A stretch of 32,026 nucleotides of DNA from NCBI GenBank assembly GCA_030156465.1, contig JASGMO010000001.1:1-32026 (forward strand). The letters run 5' to 3'. The position numbers were made by a program, and so were the translations under genes. Positions within the stretch are counted from its first letter, which is position 1. Every line of letters begins with the position of its first letter. The notes below the pieces were generated by a model, which saw nothing but the letters and a program-made list of their open reading frames with translations, was not told where the DNA came from and made no database searches. This DNA comes from Patescibacteria group bacterium. Lineage in GTDB: Bacteria > Patescibacteriota > Minisyncoccia > Minisyncoccales > Minisyncoccaceae. This document shows positions 1 through 9,889 of the stretch, in pieces.

Positions 1-88
1 CGAATTCAACGGAAAAGAAGTTGAAGGAAGAAAACTAATTGTTGACGAAGCTAGACCAATGAAGGAAAACGACTTCAGAGGTGAGTAA
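1..88 (+). CDS. RNA-binding protein (RRM domain), 3' end only
   Basis: Hand translation from position 2: EFNGKEVEGRKLIVDEARPMKENDFRGE*, matching the C-terminal 'NG..xxGRxLxVxEARP' motif of small bacterial RRM proteins; not in ORF track. Confidence 0.85.
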   Translation, partial: EFNGKEVEGRKLIVDEARPMKENDFRGE

Positions 89-100
89 TAGTTAACTCAG

Positions 101-129
101 AAGGAGTCCCTACTCGGGGCTCTTTTTTT
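101..129 (+). terminator. Intrinsic terminator after RRM gene
   Basis: GAGTCCC-tactc-GGGGCTC hairpin followed by T7. Confidence 0.8.
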
Positions 130-130
130 G

Positions 131-139
131 TGCTATAAT
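131..139 (+). promoter_or_regulatory. Extended -10 promoter for uvrB
   Basis: TGcTATAAT, ending 8 nt before ATG 148. Confidence 0.7.
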
Positions 140-147
140 AATAAGCT

Positions 148-2151
148 ATGAAGTTCAAACTTGAAACATCTTTAAGGCCCAAGGGAGACCAACCAAGTGC
201 AATTGAAGAATTATCACTAGGTGGTGCTAAGGGCAAGCAAACATTACTAGGGGTCACGGGATCAGGGAAAACTTTTACTATTGCTAATGTTATTAACAAA
301 ATACAAAAACCAACTCTTGTAATATCTCATAATAAAACACTAGCAGCTCAATTGTGTAATGAGTTTAGAGAGTTTTTTCCTCACAATGCAGTAGAGTACT
401 TTGTTAGTTATTATGATTATTATCAGCCAGAGACATATATGGTCAATACTGACACATATATTGAAAAGGAGGCGCAAATCAATCAAGAAATTGATCGTCT
501 CCGTCACGCTTCTACACAATCATTGTTAACTAGAAAAGATGTTATTATTGTTTCTTCAGTTTCTTGTATATATGGATTGGGTTCCCCCGAGGAGTACAAA
601 AATACTCAATTTAAATTAGAACTTAATCAAAAGATTGATAGGAAAGAGGTTGTTAGAAAATTAATTGATATGCAATTTGAAAGAGTAAAAGATGATTTAG
701 AAATGGGGACTTTTAGGTTACGAGGGCAAACATTAGAAATAATGCCAGTGAATAAAAGAATTATATATAGGATAGACATAGGAGACAAGATAAACTTGAT
801 TGAAACAATTGATCCAATCAGAAGAAATGTTATTGAGGAAAATAAAATTATTTATATCTTTCCAGTAAAGCATTATGTTATTAGCGAACAGAGAAGAAAA
901 GATGCTATTGAGGAGATAAGGAGTGATTTAGCAGATAGATTATCTTTTTTTGAAAAAAGTTCAAAGAAGTTAGAATATGAAAGATTAAAAAAGAGGGTTA
1001 ACTATGATCTAGAGATGATTGAGAATATTGGCTATTGTCAAGGGATAGAAAATTATTCAAGACATTTTGATGGTCGAAGAGCTGGAGAGCCACCTTTTAC
1101 ATTAATAGATTATTTTAAAGAAGCAGACAAAGATTTTTTAACTGTGATAGATGAGTCACATGTGACTATCCCTCAGATAGGAAGTATGTATGAAGGAGAC
1201 AAATCAAGAAAGAAAGCTTTGATTGATCATGGATTTAGATTAGAGAGTGCATATGATAACAGGCCATTAAAATATAATGAGTTTGAAAAGATGACAGATA
1301 ATATTATATATGTCTCAGCTACACCAAAGGATTTTGAGATTAATAAAAGTAAAAAGATTGTTGAGCAAATTGTTAGGCCAACTGGGCTAATTGATCCCGA
1401 AGTAATAATCAAGCCAATTAATGGCAAGGTTTCTCAGGTTGATGATTTAATTATAAATATTATTGAGCAAGTTACAAAAAAAGAAAAAACCTTGGTGACG
1501 ACCTTAACAAAAAGAATGGCTGAAGACCTAACGGGATATTTAGAGCAAAGAAAAATTAAAGTAAAATATATTCATAGCGACATTAAAACATTAGAGAGAA
1601 TTGAAATTATTACAGAACTAAGAAAAGGATTAATAGATGTAATTGTAGGAGTTAACTTATTAAGAGAAGGATTAGACATTCCAGAAGTATCCTTAGTGGC
1701 AATTCTTGATGCTGACAAAGAAGGGTTTTTAAGAAATGAGACAAGTTTAATTCAAACAATTGGAAGGGCGGCTAGAAATGTAAATGGTAGAGTAATTCTT
1801 TATGCTGATAAAAATACTAAATCAATTGATAATGCAATTAAAGAGACCAACAGGAGAAGAAAGATTCAATTAAAATATAATAAGGATAATAATATTACAC
1901 CAAAGACAATTGAGAAAAGCATTAAAAATATATTAGAGGATTTTGGAGTTGAGAGTAAGAGAGCAAAGACGTTAGAAATTGAAATGGTGGGCGACGACAT
2001 TAGAGAAACAATAAAAGAGAAGAAAGAGAAAATGAAAGAGGCTGCTGAGAAGCTAGAATTTGAATTAGCATTAATTTTAAGAGAAGAGATATTAATTTTA
2101 GAAAAAAAATATGCAAGAGAAAATAATAATAAAAGGAGCAAGAGAGCATAA
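148..2151 (+). CDS. uvrB: Excinuclease ABC subunit B
   Basis: GVTGSGKT Walker A, YFVSYYDYYQPE beta-hairpin, DESH, QTIGRAARN, C-terminal UVR domain. Confidence 0.98.
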   Translation: MKFKLETSLRPKGDQPSAIEELSLGGAKGKQTLLGVTGSGKTFTIANVINKIQKPTLVISHNKTLAAQLCNEFREFFPHNAVEYFVSYYDYYQPETYMVNTDTYIEKEAQINQEIDRLRHASTQSLLTRKDVIIVSSVSCIYGLGSPEEYKNTQFKLELNQKIDRKEVVRKLIDMQFERVKDDLEMGTFRLRGQTLEIMPVNKRIIYRIDIGDKINLIETIDPIRRNVIEENKIIYIFPVKHYVISEQRRKDAIEEIRSDLADRLSFFEKSSKKLEYERLKKRVNYDLEMIENIGYCQGIENYSRHFDGRRAGEPPFTLIDYFKEADKDFLTVIDESHVTIPQIGSMYEGDKSRKKALIDHGFRLESAYDNRPLKYNEFEKMTDNIIYVSATPKDFEINKSKKIVEQIVRPTGLIDPEVIIKPINGKVSQVDDLIINIIEQVTKKEKTLVTTLTKRMAEDLTGYLEQRKIKVKYIHSDIKTLERIEIITELRKGLIDVIVGVNLLREGLDIPEVSLVAILDADKEGFLRNETSLIQTIGRAARNVNGRVILYADKNTKSIDNAIKETNRRRKIQLKYNKDNNITPKTIEKSIKNILEDFGVESKRAKTLEIEMVGDDIRETIKEKKEKMKEAAEKLEFELALILREEILILEKKYARENNNKRSKRA

Positions 2152-4624
2152 TTTGAAAAATATATCTCTTGAAATACCCAGAAACAAAATGATTGTTTTT
2201 ACAGGGTTATCTGGCTCAGGAAAAACGAGCTTAGCTTTTGATACTATTTTTGCAGAAGGACAAAGAAGATATATTGAGTCCCTATCTTCTTATGCAAGAC
2301 AATTTTTAGGCGGTATGAGCAAGCCCGATGTTGATGAAATTGAAGGATTGTCTCCAGCCATATCAATTAGTCAAAAAGCACACAGTAGTAATCCTCGTTC
2401 AACGGTAGCAACAATTACAGAAGTATATGACTACCTAAGAGTTTTATTTGCTAGAATTGGAAAACCATTTTGTCCTAATTGTGGAATTGAAATTGAAAAA
2501 GTGACTGACGATGAGATCTTTAAGAGAACTAAAGCAATGATACCTCAAAAGGGAGAGCTAGTTATTTTATCACCCGTTGTAAGAGGCAGGAAGGGGGAGT
2601 ATTATCAAATGCTTCAAGATCTTTATGAGTCAGGATTTAGTAGCGTTAGAATTGATGGAAAAGAAAAATCACTAAAGCAAAAAATATTATTAAAAAAAGA
2701 AATTAAGCATAATATAGAGATAGTTATTGATAAGATAAGTTATTCTAAAATTGATGATGATTTTGATTTTAGATTAAGCGAAGCGATAGAAACAGCAATA
2801 GATATGTCTGATGGGTTATGTACAATTATTTTTCCTAATAAAGAAGAACAAATATTTAGCACTCAATATTCATGCCCAAAGTGTGGTTTTAGCTTTCCAG
2901 AAATTGAACCTCGTTTATTTAGTTTTAATAGTCCATATGGTTATTGCAGTGCTTGTAATGGTTTAGGAGTTGAGAACATCTTTAGTTTAATTCCTTGTAG
3001 TGTTTGTGATGGTAAGAGATTAAATCAAAATGCATTAAGTATTAAAGTGGGGGATAAAAATATATGGGAGGCAACTGATATGACAATTGATAAGGCATTA
3101 GATTTTTTTAATAACTTAAAGATTAATAAAAAAGAAAAAGAAATTGCTGATGTAATTTTAAAAGAAATTATTAATCGGTTACAATTTTTAATTGATGTTG
3201 GTCTTTCTTACATTAAATTAAATAGAAAATCAGGAACCCTGTCAGGTGGCGAAGCTCAAAGAATACGGCTTGCTTCTCAAGTCGGAACAAAACTAGTTGG
3301 TGCCCTTTATGTTCTAGATGAACCAACGATAGGTCTTCACCAAAGAGATAATGCACTACTTGTTAATACATTGAGAAATTTATGCAATATGGGTAATACT
3401 ATAATTGTTGTTGAGCATGATGAAGATACAATTTTAGCTAGTGATTGGATTGTTGATTTTGGACCAAGAGCAGGTAAAAATGGTGGCCAAATTATGTTTA
3501 ATGGTGAAGTTAAAGATATATTAAAAGGAGAACAAAAATCATTAACTGGTAAATATTTAAGAAGAGAAGAAGTAATTACAATTCCCAATAAAAGAAGAAT
3601 TATTTCAAAAACAACTCCTCAATTAAAAATCATTGGTGCTAGCGAAAATAATTTGAAAAATATAAGCACAAGCATTCCCTTAGGTAAATTAGTTTGCCTT
3701 ACAGGAGTTTCAGGATCAGGTAAATCAACTTTAATGAACGATATTTTGTATAACTATGTTACCGGCAAGCTGAATCACTTTAAAAGAAATATTAAGGTAA
3801 AAGAAATTAAAAACATTGAGTATATTGATAGAATAATTAAGATGGATCAATCAATGATCGGCAAATCGCCTCGTTCTAACCCAGCAACCTATACTAAAAC
3901 ATACGATGAAATTAGAAATCTTTTTGCTATGACTCCAGAGGCAAGAATGAAGGGTTATAAATCGGGTAGATTTAGCTTTAATGTTGCAGGTGGGCGATGT
4001 GAAAATTGCCAAGGCAGAGGCACAATGGAAATTGAAATGCATTTCTTACCCAATGTAGAAGTTATGTGTGATTTTTGTAAGGGCAAAAGATTTAATAAGG
4101 AAACTCTAGCGATTCATTATAAAGGCAAGAACATTGCAGATGTTTTAGAAATGACAATAGAAGAAGCAGAAAAGTTTTTTAAGGATATTCCTTCAATTAA
4201 TGACAAGTTAAAAGTTTTAAATGATGTTGGGCTTGGCTATTTAACTTTAGGTCAAAGTGCTACAACGCTCTCTGGGGGAGAATCACAAAGAATAAAATTA
4301 AGTCGTGAATTGAGCAAAAGAAGCACAGGCAAAACACTATATTTATTAGATGAGCCAACAACGGGACTACACTATGATGATATTAAGAAGTTGATTTTAG
4401 TTTTACAAAAACTTGTTGATATGGGCAACACTGTGATGGTGATTGAACACAACCTTGATTTTATCAAGTGTGCTGACTGGGTGATTGACTTAGGTGAGGA
4501 TGGTGGAGACAAGGGCGGGAAAATAGTCGGAGAAGGAACGCCTGAAGAGATTGGAAGATTATCTACTTGGACAGGATATTATTTAAGAAGAATTTTAAAT
4601 GAAAAATTGGAGAGAAAAAATTGA
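2111..4624 (+). CDS. uvrA: Excinuclease ABC subunit A (short form)
   Basis: Two ABC ATPase domains (GLSGSGKT, GVSGSGKS, LSGGE twice, LDEPT twice) and CxxC zinc motifs. Confidence 0.98.
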   Translation: MQEKIIIKGAREHNLKNISLEIPRNKMIVFTGLSGSGKTSLAFDTIFAEGQRRYIESLSSYARQFLGGMSKPDVDEIEGLSPAISISQKAHSSNPRSTVATITEVYDYLRVLFARIGKPFCPNCGIEIEKVTDDEIFKRTKAMIPQKGELVILSPVVRGRKGEYYQMLQDLYESGFSSVRIDGKEKSLKQKILLKKEIKHNIEIVIDKISYSKIDDDFDFRLSEAIETAIDMSDGLCTIIFPNKEEQIFSTQYSCPKCGFSFPEIEPRLFSFNSPYGYCSACNGLGVENIFSLIPCSVCDGKRLNQNALSIKVGDKNIWEATDMTIDKALDFFNNLKINKKEKEIADVILKEIINRLQFLIDVGLSYIKLNRKSGTLSGGEAQRIRLASQVGTKLVGALYVLDEPTIGLHQRDNALLVNTLRNLCNMGNTIIVVEHDEDTILASDWIVDFGPRAGKNGGQIMFNGEVKDILKGEQKSLTGKYLRREEVITIPNKRRIISKTTPQLKIIGASENNLKNISTSIPLGKLVCLTGVSGSGKSTLMNDILYNYVTGKLNHFKRNIKVKEIKNIEYIDRIIKMDQSMIGKSPRSNPATYTKTYDEIRNLFAMTPEARMKGYKSGRFSFNVAGGRCENCQGRGTMEIEMHFLPNVEVMCDFCKGKRFNKETLAIHYKGKNIADVLEMTIEEAEKFFKDIPSINDKLKVLNDVGLGYLTLGQSATTLSGGESQRIKLSRELSKRSTGKTLYLLDEPTTGLHYDDIKKLILVLQKLVDMGNTVMVIEHNLDFIKCADWVIDLGEDGGDKGGKIVGEGTPEEIGRLSTWTGYYLRRILNEKLERKN

Positions 4625-5777
4625 TCAAATACCAAAAACGTCGGGAATATATCTTTTCTATCAAAAAGGCAATCTTGTCTATGTTGGAAAAGCAACATCG
4701 CTGAGGGATAGAATTAGGAGCTATTTAAATCCAAAAACAACCAGACCAATAGAAACATTAATTAATAGTATTGATGAAGTTAAGTGGAAGGAGGTTAACT
4801 CGGCTCTAGAGGCAATTATTTTAGAGGCAAATTATATTAAAGAGTTTAAACCAAAATATAATGTTAAAGAAAAAGATGATAAAAGTTGGAATTATTTAGT
4901 AATTACAAAAGATGATTTTCCTAAACTATTAGCAGTTAGAGAAAGAAACTTAAAAGCTAAAGATTATAAGTATATTTTTGGTCCTTATGCCGAGGGGAAA
5001 ATTTCAGAAGTTTTAAGAATTTTACATTCTCTATTTTTAATATCAAGATGTAGTCCTAATCAAAAAAAACCTTGTTTTGATTATAATTTAAAAAAATGCT
5101 TGGGAGTTTGCACTAATGAAATAACAAGTGAAGATTATAATAAAAAAGCAATCAAGCCATTAGTTCTCTTCCTAAAAGGGAAAAAGAAAAGTTTAATTAA
5201 TTCTCTTAAAAAAGAAATGAATAATTACTCTAGAAATAATCAATTTGAAGAAGCGATAAGGATAAGAAATCAAATAAAGTCCCTTCAAAAAATAGTAGAC
5301 TTTTCGTTATTAGATAAAAGCTTTATTGAAGATAATAAGAGAAAATCAATTGAAAGAATAGAAGGTTATGATATTTCTAATTTAGGTGATGAAGTAATGG
5401 TTGGAAGTATGGTTGTTTTTGAGAATGGCAAAGCAGTTAAAAAAGAATATAAAAAGTTTAAAATTAAAAATGTTAAAAATCAAAGCGATACTGATTGTAT
5501 AAAAGAAATTATTGAAAGAAGATTTAATCATAAAGAGTGGAAAAGACCTGACTTAATATTAATTGACGGGGGCAAGCCACAAGTATCCGCTGTTAAAAAG
5601 ATTGTTGAAGATATCCCCATAATAGGGATTGCTAAGGGTAAAGACAGGAAGAAAGATGAGTTGATTGGTGAAGATATAAATTATGATAAAGAATTATTGC
5701 TTAAGGTGAGAGACGAAGCACATAGATTTGCAATTAATTATCAAAGACAAATTAAGAGAAAAAAGCTGGTCACTTAA
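4599..5777 (+). CDS. uvrC: Excinuclease ABC subunit C (truncated, no HhH2)
   Basis: GIY...YVGKA GIY-YIG domain, four-Cys motif, UVR domain, RNase H-like domain (YDISN, DGGKPQ, RDEAHRFA). Confidence 0.93.
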   Translation: MKNWREKIDQIPKTSGIYLFYQKGNLVYVGKATSLRDRIRSYLNPKTTRPIETLINSIDEVKWKEVNSALEAIILEANYIKEFKPKYNVKEKDDKSWNYLVITKDDFPKLLAVRERNLKAKDYKYIFGPYAEGKISEVLRILHSLFLISRCSPNQKKPCFDYNLKKCLGVCTNEITSEDYNKKAIKPLVLFLKGKKKSLINSLKKEMNNYSRNNQFEEAIRIRNQIKSLQKIVDFSLLDKSFIEDNKRKSIERIEGYDISNLGDEVMVGSMVVFENGKAVKKEYKKFKIKNVKNQSDTDCIKEIIERRFNHKEWKRPDLILIDGGKPQVSAVKKIVEDIPIIGIAKGKDRKKDELIGEDINYDKELLLKVRDEAHRFAINYQRQIKRKKLVT

Positions 5778-5852
5778 CTTTTTAAATGTTAATATTAATT
5801 AATATAAAATTATAATTTTGAGAAAATTTTTAATAATTTAAAAAAACAAAAA

Positions 5853-6353
5853 ATGGAAAATAAAAGCATTCTATTAATAATTGTCGCTATATTAGTTATT
5901 GCGTCAGTGGGACTATTTATTTTTTTGAACTTAAGCTCTACAGAAACTGGGGAGAATAAAGAAATTATAGGCCAGCAAGACCTTGATAATACACAAGAAA
6001 CAGAAATGGTTGATGGACAGCTTTTTGAAGTGGGGGAAACATATTTTGTAATAGAAAAATCAATGCCAGAAGAAAATCAAAGAATACTTGATCCTGAAGT
6101 AGAATTAAAATATATCCAAGAGCGCATCAAAGTAAATACTAATCCATCAACTCAAATATTTAATTTAAGTGATATTAAATATATTACGGTTCCATCAAAT
6201 ATCACAGGGACAATAGAAACATTAAAATATCTTTATAGCTACTCAGATGAATATGTTATTAATGTACGTATTGCCACTAAAACACCCATTATTAATAACG
6301 AGACAGAAACTGACTATGTTGGATGGACTTTTTGGCCTAAAGGAGGTTTTTAA
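5853..6353 (+). CDS. Hypothetical N-terminally membrane-anchored protein
   Basis: 166-aa ORF with hydrophobic helix ILLIIVAILVIASVGLFIFL; no recognisable motif. Confidence 0.7.
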   Translation: MENKSILLIIVAILVIASVGLFIFLNLSSTETGENKEIIGQQDLDNTQETEMVDGQLFEVGETYFVIEKSMPEENQRILDPEVELKYIQERIKVNTNPSTQIFNLSDIKYITVPSNITGTIETLKYLYSYSDEYVINVRIATKTPIINNETETDYVGWTFWPKGGF

Positions 6354-6454
6354 TAAAATAAGAGAACGCGAAAATCAAATTTTCAAAAGAATCAAAACAA
6401 GTTGATGTTTCAATTAGAATATTTAAGGTATCATCCATTATCATGAATTAAAAG

Positions 6455-6484
6455 TTGACCTCTTGATATTTTTAGTGTTAATAT
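6455..6484 (+). promoter_or_regulatory. Sigma70-type promoter
   Basis: TTGACC-18 nt-TAATAT with upstream TG, 6 nt before ATG 6491. Confidence 0.6.
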
Positions 6485-6490
6485 TATTAT

Positions 6491-6817
6491 ATGGAAACAA
6501 TAAATTACGAAGATTTTATTAAAACAGATTTGAGAATTGGTAAGATTATTGAAGCAGAGAAAGTTGAGGGCTCAACTAAAATTATTAAAACAATAGTTGA
6601 TTTAGGTGAAGAAAAAAGACAGATATTAGCAGGAATAGGAGAGTTTTATTCTCCAGAAGAATTGATCAATAAATTTGTTGCAGTGGTAGCGAATCTTTCT
6701 CCTAAAAAAATAATGGGAATGGACAGCGAGGGCATGATTTTAGCAGTAAAAGATGATAAAGATTTGTCTTTGCTAACAATAAATAAAGAAATTAAAATTG
6801 GTTCAAAAATTAGTTAA
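6491..6817 (+). CDS. Stand-alone tRNA-binding OB-fold protein (MetG C-terminal/Trbp111/CsaA family)
   Basis: DF.K.DLRIGKI, RQILAGI, VANLSPKKIMGMDSEGMILA. Confidence 0.92.
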   Translation: METINYEDFIKTDLRIGKIIEAEKVEGSTKIIKTIVDLGEEKRQILAGIGEFYSPEELINKFVAVVANLSPKKIMGMDSEGMILAVKDDKDLSLLTINKEIKIGSKIS

Positions 6818-6838
6818 TAATAATTAAATAATAAAAAA

Positions 6839-7642
6839 ATGGAATCACAATACTTTGAAAAAGAAACAAAAATGGATAATCCATTAAATAAAGCATTAAC
6901 AATAGCGCTAATTATTCTTATTTTCATCGGAATAATATATTTATTTTTTGGTATCCAAAATTTATCAAAAGAAACTAGATATATTGGGGTAGAACCAACG
7001 AATAATACGATTGAGGTGTCTGGAAGTGGCGTTGTCTACACTGTTCCTGATACTGCTGTTGCATCTTTTTCTGCAATTACAGAGGAGCAGACAATTAATC
7101 TTGCTTTAACTAAAAACAAAGAAAAGATCAACAGAGTAATTGATTTTCTTAAAAGGCAAGGAGTTAATGAGGAAGACATTAAGAATCTTGATTTTAATGT
7201 TTATCCTAAATATCAATGGCAGACAACGGGAGTTGATTTATCCGTTTATCCTAATGGGAGACGCGTGATTGTTGGCTATGAAGCAGTAGAGTCGCTAGAA
7301 GTTATTATTAGAAATAGTGACAATATTGGAAGAGTAATACAGGGATCAATTGATGCAGGAGCGAGTCAAGTAAGTAATTTAAAATTTATTATCAATGACG
7401 AAGAAGTAATTAAAGAGGAAGCAAGAAAGTTAGCAATAGAAGATGCTGAAAAGAAGGCTAAAGAAATTGCGACATTATTAGGAGTAAGGATTGGTAGTGC
7501 TTCTGGGTTTACCGAAGAATACGATGTCCCTAAGTTTTTATTGTCTGATGGTTCAACAACTGGATCAGGAGCAGATATGGAAATTGTTGTAAGAGAAAAT
7601 AAAATTGAAGCAAGGGTTAATATTTTATATGATATTAAGTAA
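6839..7642 (+). CDS. SIMPL domain (DUF541) protein
   Basis: N-terminal TM helix, [30 protein letters not shown]. Confidence 0.9.
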   Translation: MESQYFEKETKMDNPLNKALTIALIILIFIGIIYLFFGIQNLSKETRYIGVEPTNNTIEVSGSGVVYTVPDTAVASFSAITEEQTINLALTKNKEKINRVIDFLKRQGVNEEDIKNLDFNVYPKYQWQTTGVDLSVYPNGRRVIVGYEAVESLEVIIRNSDNIGRVIQGSIDAGASQVSNLKFIINDEEVIKEEARKLAIEDAEKKAKEIATLLGVRIGSASGFTEEYDVPKFLLSDGSTTGSGADMEIVVRENKIEARVNILYDIK

Positions 7643-7643
7643 T

Positions 7644-8084
7644 ATGAATAAAATTATATTATCAATAATTATAGGAATTGTAGTCTTTGGTGGCGCATAT
7701 GTTTATGATAATAATTTTTCTGGAGGAAACTTAATAGAATCAGTAAATAATAATCAAAATAATATGTTGAAAATAGATACAATAGTTGAGGGAAGTGGCG
7801 TAGAATCAAAAGTAGGTGACAACTTAACAGTTCACTATACAGGAATGTTGGAAGATGGAACCAAGTTTGATTCAAGTGTTGACAGGGGAACTCCGTTTAG
7901 TTTTACCCTAGGAATAGGTCAAGTTATTGAGGGTTGGGAAAAAGGAATGGAAGGAATGAAGGTTGGAGAGAAAAGAAAGCTTACAATTCAGCCAGAATAT
8001 GGTTATGGAGTAAGAGGTGTTCCCGGAGTAATTCCAGGCAATGCAGTTTTAATCTTTGAAGTAGAGCTTTTAGCGATTAACTAA
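7644..8084 (+). CDS. FKBP-type peptidyl-prolyl isomerase with N-terminal anchor
   Basis: [33 protein letters not shown]; start moved to ATG 7644 (track uses TTG 7605). Confidence 0.95.
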   Translation: MNKIILSIIIGIVVFGGAYVYDNNFSGGNLIESVNNNQNNMLKIDTIVEGSGVESKVGDNLTVHYTGMLEDGTKFDSSVDRGTPFSFTLGIGQVIEGWEKGMEGMKVGEKRKLTIQPEYGYGVRGVPGVIPGNAVLIFEVELLAIN

Positions 8085-8085
8085 A

Positions 8086-8634
8086 ATGGAAAAGATTAAA
8101 GAAGATGTCTTGGCTTGCAAGAAATGTTCTTTATACAAAGAAAGAAATATTCCAGTCATTGGTCAAGGGAATCATAATGCTAAAATAATTTTTATAGGAG
8201 AAGCTCCTGGGGCAAAAGAAGATGCTTCGGGAGTTCCTTTTTGCGGAAGGTCCGGAGAGTTCTTAAATGAATTGCTAGATCATATTGGACTAAAAAGAGA
8301 AGATGTCTATATTACTAATATAGTTAAATGTAGGCCACCTAAAAATAGAGATCCAAAAGATAGTGAAATTGAATGTTGCAAGAATTACATTGAAAGGCAA
8401 ATTGAAAGTATTAATCCTAAGGTTATTTGTTCCCTAGGCAGGTATTCAATGAACTTTATAATGAATAATCTTGGAATAGAGAATAAAGACACAATAAGCA
8501 ATCTTCATGGGAAGGTCTTTGAAGGAAAATATATTTTTATTCCACTTTATCATCCTGCAGTGGCGATATATAATTCTAGCAAAAAAGAAGAGCTTAAAAA
8601 AGATTTTGAGATTATTAAAAAATATGTTGATTAA
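8086..8634 (+). CDS. Family-4 uracil-DNA glycosylase
   Basis: CKKC, GEAPG, KCRPPKNRDP, HPA motifs. Confidence 0.95.
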   Translation: MEKIKEDVLACKKCSLYKERNIPVIGQGNHNAKIIFIGEAPGAKEDASGVPFCGRSGEFLNELLDHIGLKREDVYITNIVKCRPPKNRDPKDSEIECCKNYIERQIESINPKVICSLGRYSMNFIMNNLGIENKDTISNLHGKVFEGKYIFIPLYHPAVAIYNSSKKEELKKDFEIIKKYVD

Positions 8635-8848
8635 GGTGAAAGCGATTGTTCTGTCAAAAGAAGATAAAGTCATTAAGAAGAGTGAGGATAGTTTTGAAGT
8701 TTTTGTTAAGGCAGAGGCACAAAGAAATATGGCCAACAAAAGAATTATAGAATTATTAGCTGAATATTTTAATTTGCCTCAGTATAAGGTTAAGATAATA
8801 AAAGGTTTTAAGGAAAGTAATAAGATTTTTGATATAAAATATGAATGA
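8624..8848 (+). CDS. DUF167 (YggU/UPF0235) family protein
   Basis: MLIKVKA...ANKRIIELLAEYF...KIIKG.....K; start moved to in-frame ATG 8624. Confidence 0.85.
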   Translation: MLIKVKAIVLSKEDKVIKKSEDSFEVFVKAEAQRNMANKRIIELLAEYFNLPQYKVKIIKGFKESNKIFDIKYE

Positions 8849-9275
8849 TTATTTAATAATTAATAATGTATTGTTTTCTGCAATATTAGCATGGTTTATT
8901 GCTCAAACAATAAAGGTTTTTATTTTGGCCTATAAGCAAAAAAAGTTCAGGTGGGGGCTATATTCATCACCAGGCAACTTTCCGTCATCACATAGTGCTG
9001 TTGTTTCTGCATTGGTCGTTGGAGTTGGTATAGTAGAAGGAACTGATTCAGCTGTTTTTGCCGTTACTACAGTGTTAGCTTTTTTTATAATTTATGATGC
9101 TAAAGTCATTAGAGGTGCGGCAGGAAAACAAGCTCATTCATTAAACAAGATAATAGAGAAAATAGGAGAGGGCGATGAAGACATTGACAAACTAAAGGAA
9201 ATATTAGGACATTCATTGTTAGAAATATTAAGTGGAATTATTATTGGAATAATTTGTTCTTTATTAATTCTTTAA
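8841..9275 (+). CDS. Divergent PAP2 family (DUF212) membrane protein
   Basis: AQTIK, GNFPSSHSA, YDA..IR..AGKQA..LN, LKEILGHS. Confidence 0.92.
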   Translation: MNDYLIINNVLFSAILAWFIAQTIKVFILAYKQKKFRWGLYSSPGNFPSSHSAVVSALVVGVGIVEGTDSAVFAVTTVLAFFIIYDAKVIRGAAGKQAHSLNKIIEKIGEGDEDIDKLKEILGHSLLEILSGIIIGIICSLLIL

Positions 9276-9276
9276 A

Positions 9277-9888
9277 ATGGACTTACCAGAAGAATATAAA
9301 AAAGGATTTAAGGATTTTTTAGGAATTAAAATTGATCTATCAAAGAGGCCATTGATTCCTAGGCCAGAGACAGAATATTGGGTTGGTTGGTTTATTAATC
9401 AAAACCATAAGAAAGGTATGAAGTGCCTTGATTTATTTTCTGGTTCAGGATGTGTCGGTGTAGCAATTTTAAAAAATATAAAAGGTTCAATTTGTCATTT
9501 TGGTGAGATTGATGATTCTTTTTTAGAACAAATTAAAATTAATTGTAGTGATATTGATAGCGATAGGTATAAAATAATTAAAACAGATATTTTCTCTGGG
9601 ATTGATGAAAAATATGATTATATTTTAGCTAATCCGCCCTATGTTGCAAAAAATAGAATTAGTGAGGTTGGTAAAGATGTATTAGAGTACGAGCCACATA
9701 TAGCTCTTTTTTCGGGAGATGATGGAATGGAAATAATTAATAAATTTATTAGTGAAGTTAAAAATTATCTAAACGATGGTGGTTATGCTATAATGGAGTT
9801 TGATCCTCAACAAAAAGATAAAATAAAAGAGGGAGAGTTTTATAAAGATCAATTTGGAGAGTATAGATTCGTAATAATTAAAAAATAA
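9277..9888 (+). CDS. prmC: HemK/PrmC-family glutamine methyltransferase, N-terminally shortened
   Basis: LIPRPETE, LDLFSGSG, NPPY, EPHIAL.SG.DG. Confidence 0.85.
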   Translation: MDLPEEYKKGFKDFLGIKIDLSKRPLIPRPETEYWVGWFINQNHKKGMKCLDLFSGSGCVGVAILKNIKGSICHFGEIDDSFLEQIKINCSDIDSDRYKIIKTDIFSGIDEKYDYILANPPYVAKNRISEVGKDVLEYEPHIALFSGDDGMEIINKFISEVKNYLNDGGYAIMEFDPQQKDKIKEGEFYKDQFGEYRFVIIKK

Positions 9889-9889
9889 T

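Noticed and set aside
89..147. LexA/SOS box upstream of uvrB
   Set aside because: No CTGT-N8-ACAG or GAAC-N4-GTTC; the inverted repeat is explained as a terminator
2101..2151. A8 run at uvrB/uvrA overlap as programmed frameshift producing a fusion
   Set aside because: Both genes are complete with their own start and stop; A runs are common throughout
6354..6454. Possible small RNA or gene remnant
   Set aside because: No convincing stem, terminator or recognisable peptide
8507..8623. Track N-terminal extensions (also 7605, 10591, 18848, 22717, 25304)
   Set aside because: They overlap upstream genes or promoters; downstream in-frame ATGs match family N-termini
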